From Dipteris shenzhenensis (lineage: Eukaryota): a stretch of DNA of 64,000 bases. Below the pieces are notes generated by a model, which saw only the letters and a list, made by a program, of their open reading frames with translations, was not told the DNA's origin and made no database searches. Each line of letters opens with the position of its first letter. Position 1 is the stretch's first letter. The stretch lies in assembly GCA_047967505.1 (NCBI GenBank), contig CM106538.1. One strand, 5' to 3'. Positions 26,491 to 37,479 of the stretch are shown here, in pieces. Both the position numbers and the translations under genes were made by a program.

Positions 26491-28486
26491 TCTATCAATG
26501 GTAGAGATTTCCCTTAACATAGAACTCTTTCAGAATCCACTCTCCCCTTTGTGACTCATGTTATCACGTGTCATGTGAGTGTCTAGGTTCATTGTGCATT
26601 CATGGATGAATCTCTTCTTGTGGAGCTTCAGCTACAACAAGAAGAATAGTTTCTATTGTCCAATGACATGTGCAGACATGCCTCAAACTGTGAGACGATT
26701 CAACTCGTTGAGAACATTTGTTCGGCTCTCAAATTTTTCACTTGCTACACCTTATTTCATGCTTTTTTAGTTCTTCTCAAACCCCAGAGCCAAAAACCAA
26801 ATGAATTGGCATCGGCTTTACTTCATTCTTGGCTGTGGAACTCTTTTGTGGATTCGGTCATATGGTTTTCAATCTTTTGAAAATTGTCAAATTTAGTTTT
26901 GTGAATGAATCTAGATGTGTTGAAATCCTCCAACTCAATAGCATGTGATCATGCTAGAGGAGGAGAATTGCTTGGGCGACCAAGGCAACGCTTAGAGTCG
27001 TAAGAATATTATGGAACTTTGGAATTAGAAAAAGAAATGGGACTTTGGAAGAGAACTCTGTTGGGTGAGTAATTAGAAGAAGAAATGGGGCTTTGGAAGA
27101 GAACTCCATGTAACGAATTGCCAGAATAGCATTTTCGGCAAGCCTTTTATTTTATGACTTGTCCTATTGAAGGATATAAAGATGTTCTTTCTATTCAACC
27201 CATGAAAGCCACTCTAGCTAACTGAGCTTATACAAAATATGCTAGGTGCCATTCTATTGATCTTAAGGATGGGAAGCAACCCTTAACTTGTGAAGAGAAA
27301 GGAAAGCATGAATTCTTTTGGGCAAAGAAAAGAACATCTGACAACCACGAAGTAGAATAACACTAAAAGCTTGCAGCTTGGTTATTGCGTCCCCTGCTCA
27401 GTTGCCCTTTGTCTTGCTATTTCTCCTCTTTCATTGCTTCACCAACTTTGACACTACTCAACCTCCTCTTCTCCCCTAGCTACTTCCTCTCCTACCACAC
27501 TCTCATGCTCTTCGCCTTTAAGAGCTTCATCTATCCTCCCATCCTTGACGAGGGGGGCTTCAAAGCAATTCCAAACAAAGCATCCATTGTAAGTGCATTA
27601 AAAAGCTATCCAAATGCACTCATAGTGCATGCTTTTGTGGGCATTGCTGGCCTCTAAGAAATGCCAGGTTCAGTCCTTCATGACCGATATGGAAGGTAGC
27701 ATTTGCAAAATGGAAGTCGTACGTGATCAATAAAGTACCTGGGATCTCGACTTGTAGATGTTGCAAACTGATAAGGTGACCGTGAAAGGACGAGCTTAAC
27801 CGTGAGAGGACACTCAAAGACAAGTCTTCCGTGAGAGGAGCTTGAAGATGAGGCATCCATGAGGAGAAAAGCTCAAAGAAGAGGGCCATGAAGAGGAGGA
27901 GAGGAGGAGTCCATGAGGGAGAAGATCACATCATTGGCAAGAGGGCAGCAGTGAGGAGAAGAGGACAACAGTGAGGAGAGGGAAGCCTTGAGGAGAAGGC
28001 AACCATGAGGAGGAGTGGAGTGGAGTGGAATCAAGATGAGAAGGAGTGGAGTGGAGTGGCTTGGATGAACAATATTCCAAGAACTCTTCCTTCCATCAAT
28101 CAGCAATAGTTAGCATGCCATTTCCGAACATGATGATTGGCATGGCTAATTGATGGTATAACAATCAAGTAGATTGAGTGCACGGAGCCATCCCTTCAAG
28201 GCTTGGATTTTAATGTTGATATTATATCCATGCCTTGAAGTTCTATCATTTGTCAGTCATATGAGCTATTCATGTTAATATATATACATGGACTTATATA
28301 TGCTATAATATAGATGATTTTTATAAATGGGCTTACATATGGTATGATATATGGTCTAATGCATATGATCTAATATACATGTTAAATATTATGCACTCTT
28401 ATTCCTTCTTATTCACATGGACCTTTAGACAGTCATATAAACATGGACTTATGTTTTCATGTATAGATACATGTATTTATATGTGG

Positions 28487-28802
28487 TGTTATTGCATAAC
28501 CATGCGGGTTAGCAGCAGTGACTATGAGGGGTGTGCGAGGGTAGGTTAGCCATACAACGATTGGCACTTAAGTCCTCCAAGCGGTTGAGTCTTCAATGGT
28601 CTCTAACAAACAATCGGTTCTTGTACACATGCTATTACTAGCATTCCATCCCTGTTCTTTACACAAGTGTTGAGAGAGCTCTTGCTCCAAGAATACAGAG
28701 TTGTGATCTTCTATTCGCATTCTCTATATTCTATGCACAAATGTTGCACATGTTGTTTTATCTCTATTCCCCGTAGCGTCTGTGCGGAGTTATGACGCTA
28801 CA
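28487..28802. mobile_element. Solo LTR (316 bp)
   Basis: TG...CA termini flanked by a 5-bp direct repeat TGTGG (28482-28486 and 28803-28807). Confidence 0.7.
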
Positions 28803-29028
28803 TGTGGTATGGTATATACTCGTGGACTTATATCTTGACTCATAAAAATTGATCTAAGATATAATATGATCAAATATTTATGGACTCCTATTTATATGGA
28901 CTTATAGATGCTCTTATAAATATATAGATGGACTTATATGCACACAAGGACTTATGTATGTATATAGATACATCGATTTATATATGGTCTAGTCTATATT
29001 CATATATATAGATGGACTAAGATATATG

Positions 29029-31264
29029 CGTTGGGGAGGTGATCCTTGTAGGAGTGGTGTCATGTCTAAGGTTTAGAAACAGGCTTGTGATTAGTTGATG
29101 GGAGTAGTAGACACTTGGTCATTGGACCATGCATGAGGTGAATGAGGAAGTGGTGACACTTGGTGTAAAGAAGAGAAGCAACTAGACATTGCATCTCTGG
29201 CATTGCATGGTGGTGAACTCATGCGACTACATAGAGTTGCCTCTTGGGATAATGAACGTCTCTTTGTCCAGGCTATGAGCCTACGTAGTGTCACAACTTC
29301 GTGCTATAAGTATGTCTTCTAGGGTCCTTAGATGTGTCTTCTATTTTGTCAGTCGTAAGCCAACAAACTCAGTAGATTTGAGGCGCATATAATCTTGATA
29401 ATAAAAAGATCTCTTGTGTGTTATTTTTTATTCTCTCTTGATCATAATTTTGTGTTTGTAATTTAGGCTATTCTTATAGTGTATGTGAAGAGTGGATCTC
29501 ACTCTAAAATCCAATAGTTGGTATTAGAGCATGGTCGTGAGGATCCAGAAGAGAATTCATGAGCAAAGATAAAAAACTCGGTATAGGTGGTCTTGAGATT
29601 GATGGTCGTGTGCTGGTGTGGAAGTCAAAGAAGGCAAGGAGTAAAATTCATCATCGTTACAAATTTTCTCTAGTAGTACTAGCTACTGTATGCTCACAGT
29701 TGATTGAATCGGCTGGTGCATGCTAGAGAAGTGATATGGCATCATTGAAAAAGACAGAAACATCTGTCGTCAAGTTAACCGGGAGGAATTTTTCGAGCTC
29801 GCAGCTTTCAGCCAAGCTAGGGTACATGCATAAGGGCTTGTGGGAGGTTGTGTCTGGGACAGAGAAGGAACCGACTACAAGTGAAGATGAGAAGACAGTT
29901 TGGAGGAAGAACAACAACAAGGCGATTGGTATGATGGGACGACAAGCCTTGGGGGAAGAATATTTTCATCATCTAGAGATGACAAAGAGAGCAACAACAA
30001 AGTAGACGATTCTGGAGGCTTTGTTTGGGACCAAGATGCGACATTCCAAAGCTAATGTCAAGCAGCAACTATACGACCTGCATATGGGTGATAATGAGGA
30101 TCTAGCAACTTTTCTAAATCGCATGCAGACACTTTAAAGCAACTTCGAGAAATCGGTGCCAAAGTCAAGGACGATGATCAGAAGGCAATATTGTTAAAAA
30201 GTCTTCCTTCCAGGTTTAGTGAGATGGCGCTAATTTTGAGGATGGATGACGAAGTAGATTTTGTTGATTGTGTGGGACTTCTAAAGAGTGAAGAGAAATG
30301 TGAGGAAGATCTTTATGGTGGCGACACAACATTTATCATGAAGGATAGAAGAAATACGGGGAGAGACACTCGTGCATGTTATTATTGTGGCAAGTCTAGC
30401 CATATTGAGAGGTTTTGTATGAAGAAACAAAAAGATGAGGAAGCTAGAAAAGAAAACCATAAAGCTTGCACAGCCAAAGAGACAGTGATAGAGAAGATAG
30501 CCGGACTTGTCAGTGATGACATGCCTGACTAGGATTGGGCATTTCGATGATGGAATAGTTTGGCTACGATGCTAATCGGTAGGCTTTAATGCCAGTAAGA
30601 TTTAATGCAATGGAGCTACGATGCTGAAGAGTATTTTGTGTGGTGTGAATTTTTTTTGAAGTTCTGAGTGTTCGATTGTAATGGCAACAAGTCTGGTAGG
30701 AATGAGCCAAAGTTTTTTTGTTGTGTTTCACTGTTGACTCCCTATTCAGATCAAGGGAGGATGTTGGGGAGGTGATCCTTGTAGGAGTGGTGTCATGTCT
30801 AAGGTTTAGAGATAGTCTTGTGATTGGTTGATAGGAGTAGTAGACACTCAGTCATTGGACCATGCATGAGGTGAAACATGATTGGAGGAATGAGGACGTG
30901 GTGACACTTGGCATAAAGAAGAGAAGCAACTAGACGTTGCATCTCTGGCATTGCATGGTGGTAAACTCATGCAACTACATAGAGTCACCTCTTGGGATAA
31001 TGAATGTCTCTTTGTCCAAGCTATGAGCCTATGTAGTGTCGCAGCTTCGTGCTGTAAGTACGTCTTCTAGGGTCCTTAGATGTGTCTTTTATTTTGTCAA
31101 TTGTAAGCCAACAAACTCAATAGAGTTGAGGTGCATACAATCTTGATAATAAAGAGATCTCTTGTGTGTTATCTTTGATTCTCTCTTGATCGTAATTCTA
31201 TGTTTGTAATTAAGGCAATTCTTATAGTGTATGTGAAGAATGGATCTCACTCTAAAATCCAACA
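29029..31264 (+). mobile_element. Non-autonomous gag-only Copia-type LTR element (TR-GAG-like)
   Basis: LTRs at 29029-29516 and 30762-31264; TSD ATATG on both sides; PBS TGGTATTAGAGC (tRNA-Met type); PPT AAGGGAGGA. The internal region holds only gag (29736-30532, CYYCGKSSHIERFC). Confidence 0.92.
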
Positions 31265-32672
31265 ATATGGTCAAATATTTATGGATTGTTCTTTATATGG
31301 ACTTATAGATATTCTCATAAATATTTACATGGACTTATATATGGATATTTGCATAGATATATTATTGTGTATATAGACATATGGATGTACATATGGTCTA
31401 GTCTATATCCATATATACATGGATAGAAATGGTCTAATGTATATTCATATATATACATGGCTTGAAGTATCTTATCATGTTCAAGCATCTCCCCTTGGGT
31501 CTCATGAAGGAAAAAAGGTATACATCCCATATCCCATGCTAGAGGGGAGATTGGTTGAGTGGAGGTGTTCCTCATTAATCATGGATTTAGTGACTGATAG
31601 AGAGAGTGGAGGAGTTACCGACTCACACCATCAAATGTGTGATGGCAAATGAGTGCTATTTGTCATCTTCCATTAAATGCTAGGATTTGTGATCGTAGAA
31701 AGGTGGCGAGGTGGTGATCGAAATTGAGTAAGGAGTTCAAAGATAGAATTGAGAAAGCAAGGGCAGCAAATGCAAAGATTGTGAAAGAGGATATCATTAC
31801 CCCACATGAGGTTCATGTTTCGATTAAATACGAACTCCTAGGTCAATTTCAAGGGGCTTAAGTTATTCAGACACAATTGCAGAGTTCCCATGCTACACAT
31901 GCCCTGAGTTTAGTGAACATGATGTAAATAGAACAACTTATATTCTATTGAAACATATATACTATGCCTTCATTGTCATGCTAGGAATGAGTGCTACAGT
32001 CCATCAAATTATACATCAGGCTGCTCTCACAAGGTGGAGTTGTTGATGTACAATCTAAAAACATGGCTAAAAGACAAGTGTTTTTGGATAGAGCTTGAGA
32101 GATTTTATTGTCCAAATAGTATAAGTGAGAGTTTTCATGTGTAAGCACTAAATAATGATTTTGGTATTTGACTGCTCAAATGCTGTCATCTAATTTTGTA
32201 TATGAATAAGTAGCATGTTTCATGAAAATTTTTATGTGGGTTGGCAATTTGGCCTCTTCATTGGCTTATAGTAATTAAATTATTTAAGACTACTTTAATA
32301 CTTTGTGTTCTCTATTTCAAATTGTAATTGATTGACTTGGGTTTTCTGTGGCTCGTTTTTATTGCTCGGCTCACTTCCCACGGCTCGCTTTTTGGTAATC
32401 CTCATCAGGTCCTAACGGACCCTATGTCGCATCTCATGTCCATATTTTTACTCATATATCACATTTTTTCTTTTAAAAATTTGTAAAATGCTAGGATTCA
32501 AGTTCAATTTTGGGTAAATAGTTACGTGATCCACATCTCTCTCTACTGCAAATCTAGTTACAACTAAACATCCTTAATTAATTTTATTAGCCAAAAATTA
32601 AAGGCAACCTATGATCGTGATTCCCAACATTGAGATTAAGTGGAGTAGGTCTCTAAACGGGGCATGCTACTA

Positions 32673-33085
32673 GGGCCTTATCACATGGATGGGGCTAGCA
32701 TGGGTTTAGGATGGGAATCTTTTTGTCATCATTACACCCATCCTAGACCAAATGGTCTAGCATGGATCATTACACCCATCCTAGACCAAATGGTCTAGCA
32801 TGGATTTAGAATGGGAGTAGCCACTTTTTCTTCCATCCTGGACCGTGGCCCGTAGACCTTAGCAACCAGAATGGGTTCCCCTTTTTTAGGGATTCCAAAA
32901 CATGGGAGGATGACAAGTGTCCTTGTCCCCACGTGGTCCCCACCTCCTAAACACATGAAATGATGCCATGTGTCCTCTTCTACCTAAACCCATGCTAGGG
33001 TGGGAATAAGATAGAAATATGCATGGGACCACTTGGGACCACCTTTTCCCATTCCCATCCTATTTCTTAGCATGTGCTAATCCCC
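32673..33085. mobile_element. PIF/Harbinger (Tourist-like) MITE
   Basis: 15-bp imperfect TIRs GGGCCTTATCACATG and CATGTGCTAATCCCC, a 3-bp TSD CTA, and an internal ~38-bp tandem duplication. Confidence 0.7.
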
Positions 33086-34205
33086 CTAGTTACAACACTA
33101 GAGAAGGACACTCCTCTCATCTTTCTACAACAATATGAGGGCACTAATCGATCGCAAAGCAAACATGAATGCCCACATCAAGCAGAAGATTGGTATCGTA
33201 ATGTTTCTCCTGATGGGTGCGAATGCACGAAAGTCGAAGAATCGTGGAGCTCGTGTGAGGGCACGGAATCTTGGATCCAGTAGGAACGTCTGCCAGAAAC
33301 TTGGATTTGATAATTGGCCACGATGTGCGAGAGAATCACGGGGACTCACGAGGATTAAAGTTCTTGATCGGTAAGAGAATGCAATTGTATTATCAGGAGT
33401 CAGGTACTCCTTGGATTCGGGATATTGAAATGTCCGCGATGAACACAAGCAAGCGACCAAGGAGCTTGGAGGCATTGCAGAAGAACAGGAGACGGTGGAA
33501 ATTTTCACTTGTCTCCATGCATTTAATAGGAGTCGTCGAGAAAAGAGGGTCTTTTAAATCGTCTCTCCATTTGAGCTAGCACAAGTGTTCCAATGCACTC
33601 CCCCAATCTGTTCATATATCCACTTCCAAGCAATGGGGTAAAGGGCTCAAAGCTTTGAGGTCCTCCATATTTTGCATTAAATCGCATTCGTATTTCAGTT
33701 ATTTGCTCAGCGTTATCAATCATAGACCTGCTGGAAGGGAGCGTTTTCATTCAGAATTCAGGTCCAAAGTGGATGCTTTGAAGGTCCGCGGTTCCTGACA
33801 GTATCGTACCCAAATGGAGCGATATCATGCAGGCACAGCAGCGAGGTGCAGTGCCTCAACCCACCTCTACCTGTGGTTCTGCTGTAAGGCTTCCTTAATC
33901 AAAAGGGCACAAAATTTCGGCCCACAGAAGCCCAAAAGATCTCCCACCAGATTGCCCGTAGACTGTATCAGAAAATACGCCTCTTGGGCGAGCAGTACTC
34001 CAGGTCGTATAGGAAAACACGCTTATTGGTCGATAAGGTCCTTCATACAGAACGTGTCTCGACTTTTGCATTGCAGTTTTTTTATACATTGACCCTGTTT
34101 GTCTTCATGCTTGGGACGCTTTGCTTGATTGTGTTGCCTTTGCTGTACGTCTCTCTGCTGGGTCATGGGACCTTGCAAGCTGTAAATTAGCTCTCCACTT
34201 TGGTG

Positions 34206-37200
34206 ATGGCCCCGCAGCTTAGGCTGCCCCTCTGCCGCCAGTCCTTTGGTGCATGCTGGCTACATGGTGTCCACAAGCGGTTGGATCAGGTAAATGAGGT
34301 CGAGGAAAGATATCTCCGTGGAGTGGAACATTCACATAAGCCTCCTGTGTTCAAGATAAACAATTTGATCCATATGTATGTAAAACGTGGGAGCATGGTG
34401 GATGCTCGCCATGTGTTCGACAACATGGTAATACGAGATGTCGTATCATGGAACATTATGATTCTGGCATATGCTAAGCAGGACAACGGGACAGAGGCTT
34501 TGGCTTTGTATGCACGTATGTGCCAGGAAGGTGTCCAATTGAGTGACCGAACATTTGTTGGGGCATTAAAGGCTTGCAGTAGCCTGGCAGCACTGGATGG
34601 GGTGAAACAAGTTGATGAGCTCTCTGCAAGAACACGATTCCTGGAGAAAGGTAGAGCCATCCACTCCCGCATAGCAAAGAGTGGCTTTGAAGCAGATGTC
34701 TTTGTGGGAAACACTTTGGTGGATATGTACACAAAATGTGGCAGCTTGGAGGATGCACTGCGTGTCTTTCAGGAATTACCTCATCGTGATGTGGTTTCCT
34801 GGAATGCCATGATCCTGGGGTATGCCAAGCAGCAAGAGGGTCTATGTGCTTTGGAGTTATATGCACAGATGCATCAGAAAGGTGTCACACCAGATGATCG
34901 AACCTTTGTCGGCACGTTGAAGGCCTGCAGTAGCCTGGCTACCCTGGAAGAGGTGAAACAAGTTGATGCGAAATATAAGAAAATGGGTTGCCTGGAGAAA
35001 AGTAGAGCCGTCCACTCCCAGGTTGTTAAGAATGGATTTGAGTCACATGGATTCGTTGGAAACATTTTGGTGGATGTATACACAAAATGTGGGAGCATGG
35101 AGGATGCAAAGCGTGTCTTTGTTGAACTGCCTTTTCGTGATGTGGTTTCCTGGAGTGCCATGATCCAGGGTTATACCAAGCAAGAAGAAGGTGCACAGGC
35201 GTTGGAATGGTATGCACAGATGTATCATGAAGGAGTCCAACCAAATGAACGAACCTTTGTCAGTGCATTGAAGGCTTGTATCAGCCTGACAACCCTGCAG
35301 GAGGGGAATCAAGTTGTGAGGAAAGAATGCTTGGAGAAAGGTAAAGCCATCCACTCCCGAGTAGTAAAGTTTGGCTTGGAGTCAGATGTAGTCATGAAAA
35401 ACACTTTTGTGGATATGTACACAAAGTGTGGGAGCATGGAGGATGCACTCTGTCTCTTTGAAGAATTGTCCCATCCTGATGTGTTTACATGGACTACCAT
35501 GATCCTGGGGTATGCCAAGCAGGAACAGGGTGCATTGGCTTTAGATTTGTATTCACAGATCTTTGAGGGAGGTGTCACACCGGATAGTCGAACCTTTGTT
35601 GGTGTATTAAAGGCTTGCAGTAGCTTTGCAGCACTAGAAGATGGGAAACAAGGTGATGGGACACTAGAGAAAACAGGATACCTGAAGCAAGGTAGAGCGA
35701 TCCACTCTGAAGTAGCAAAATGTGGCTTTGAGTCAGATGTATATGTGGCAACCACCTTGGTGGATATGTATGCAAAATGTGGGAGCATGGAAGATGCACG
35801 GTGTGTATTTGATGAAGTGCCTCATTATAATGTGGTCGCCTGGAATGCCATAATCTTGGGGTATGCTAACCAGGAAGAGGGTGCCCTGGCTTTGGAGTCA
35901 TATACACAGATGCAGCAGGAAGGTTTGTTGTCGCATTGAAGGCTTGCAGTAGCCTGGCAGTACTGGAAGATGTGAAGCTAGTTAAAGGGAAATTTGAAAT
36001 AACAGGATGTTTGGAGAAAGGTAGAGCCATTCACTTTCAAATAGTAAAGAGTGGCTTGGAGTTAGATATATATGTGGGAAACACTTTGCTGGATATGTAT
36101 GTGAAATGTGGTAGTTTTGAGGATGCACGGTGCATTTTTGAAGAGTTGTCTTTTCGAAATGTTGTTGCGTGGACTACCATGATTATGGGTTATGCCAAGC
36201 AGGAAGAGGGTGCAATGGCATTGGATTTGTATGCACGGATGCACCAGGAAGGTGTCCGACCAAACGATCGAACCTTTGTTGGTGCTTTGAAGGCTTGCAG
36301 TACCCTCACAGCACTGGAGGAAAAGAAACAAATTCAGTGGATGTCTGTGAGAGCTGGATGTTTGGAGAAAGGTAGGGCCATCCACTCCCAAGTAGTAGGG
36401 AGTAATTTTGGTTCGGATGTGTTCTTGGCAACTGCCTTGGTGGAGATGTATGCAAAATGTAGGAGTCTGGAGGATGCACGGTGTGTCTTTGATGAATTGT
36501 GTCATCGTGATGTCGTTTCCTGGAATGCCATGATCTTGGGTTATGCTGAGCACGAAGACAGTGAGGAGGCCCTTAGGCTTTATGCACAAATGCAAGAGCA
36601 TGCTATTTCACCAGACAGCTTTACCTTTGTTGCTGTCCTGAAAGCTTGTGGCAATACAGCAGCCTGTGAAACTGCAAAAGAACTTCATTCTCATTTAAAC
36701 AGGGTTAGTATTGCATCTAATTCAATTGTGGCCACCAGTCTCATTGACATTTATGCTAAATTGGGGAGCATGTGTGATGCCCAATTGTTGTTTGATGCAT
36801 TACCCATGAGGAATGCTGTGCCTTGGAATGCATTGATAGCAGGATATGCCCGCCAGGGGGAGAGTGAACTCGTGTTTCATTTTGTTGAGAGAATGAGGCA
36901 GGAAAACATACTGCCAGATGGGGTTACCTTTCTTAGTATTCTTACTGTATGCAGTCATGTTGGTCTGGTGGATAAGGGTTTGACATACTTTCACACTATG
37001 AGCACACAGTACGGCATTAACTTAACTGTTGAGCACTATAATTGCATGGTTGATTTCCTTGGCCGTGCAGGTCAGGTTGAAGAGGCAGTGGAGATGGTGG
37101 AGGAGATGCCTTTCCAACCTAACGTGATTGTATGGTTAACCATATTGGGTGCTTGTCAAAAGTGGAAGAATGTAGAGGTTGGAAAGCATGCCTTTGAAAG

Positions 37201-37327
37201 TGTGATTATATTAGATGAAACACTTCCTACAGCATATGTCATAATGGCAAATATTTATGCAGACGCTCACATGCACAAGGACTATGATAACATCATTCAG
37301 GTAATGAGGAAGAATGCTCAAGAATAG
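34206..37327 (+). pseudogene. PLS-class pentatricopeptide repeat protein, E subgroup (organellar RNA-editing factor), frameshifted at ~35924; no DYW domain
   Basis: Repeated P-L-S triplets (DVVSWN.MI.GY / RTFVGALKAC / NTLVDMY.KCGS.EDA) in ORFs 34200-35939 and 35936-37327, ending P2-L2-S2-E1-E2 (HYNCMVDFLGRAG, WLTILGAC, AYVIMANIYA). The true start or an upstream exon is uncertain. Confidence 0.93.
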
Positions 37328-37479
37328 GGGAAACCATGAAGATCTGGTGTAGTGTCTATAGCGAAATAATGCATCAATAACTTGACCATCTCTTTGTGCT
37401 TATCCACTTGATCGTCTCTTTTGAGCTTTCCTTCTAGCAGGATAAGCACAATTAGATTTGCGGCAGGCAGTCTTTCCAT

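Larger units (their letters stand above)
28260..31460. repeat. AT-rich degenerate minisatellite (ATGGACTTATATA-like) hosting two LTR insertions
   Basis: GGACTTAT/ATGGTCTA units recur at 28260-28480, 28810-29028 and 31265-31460. Confidence 0.7.
21278..32429. mobile_element. Putative ~11-kb DNA transposon with inverted subterminal repeat clusters; superfamily unassigned
   Basis: Left end TGACAT followed by 4 or more AAAGCGAGCC-like motifs (21316-21373). Right end has inverted GGCTCG(C)TTT motifs (32349-32393) then ATGTCG. Flanks CACCCC and CATCTC could be a decayed TSD. Exact termini are uncertain. Confidence 0.55.

Noticed and set aside
21219-32629. Alternative TGTTGGG...CCCAACA termini for the 11-kb element
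   Set aside because: The flanks (GTCTA and TTGAG) give no TSD, and an 8-bp match could be chance.
33814-34092. Upstream ORF as exon 1 (transit peptide) of the PPR gene
   Set aside because: The candidate donors at 34004 and 34038 are out of phase with the acceptors at 34190 and 34217; unsupported without transcripts.
34286-36994. Multiple antisense and alternative-frame ORFs over the PPR gene
   Set aside because: Shadows of the repetitive PPR coding strand.
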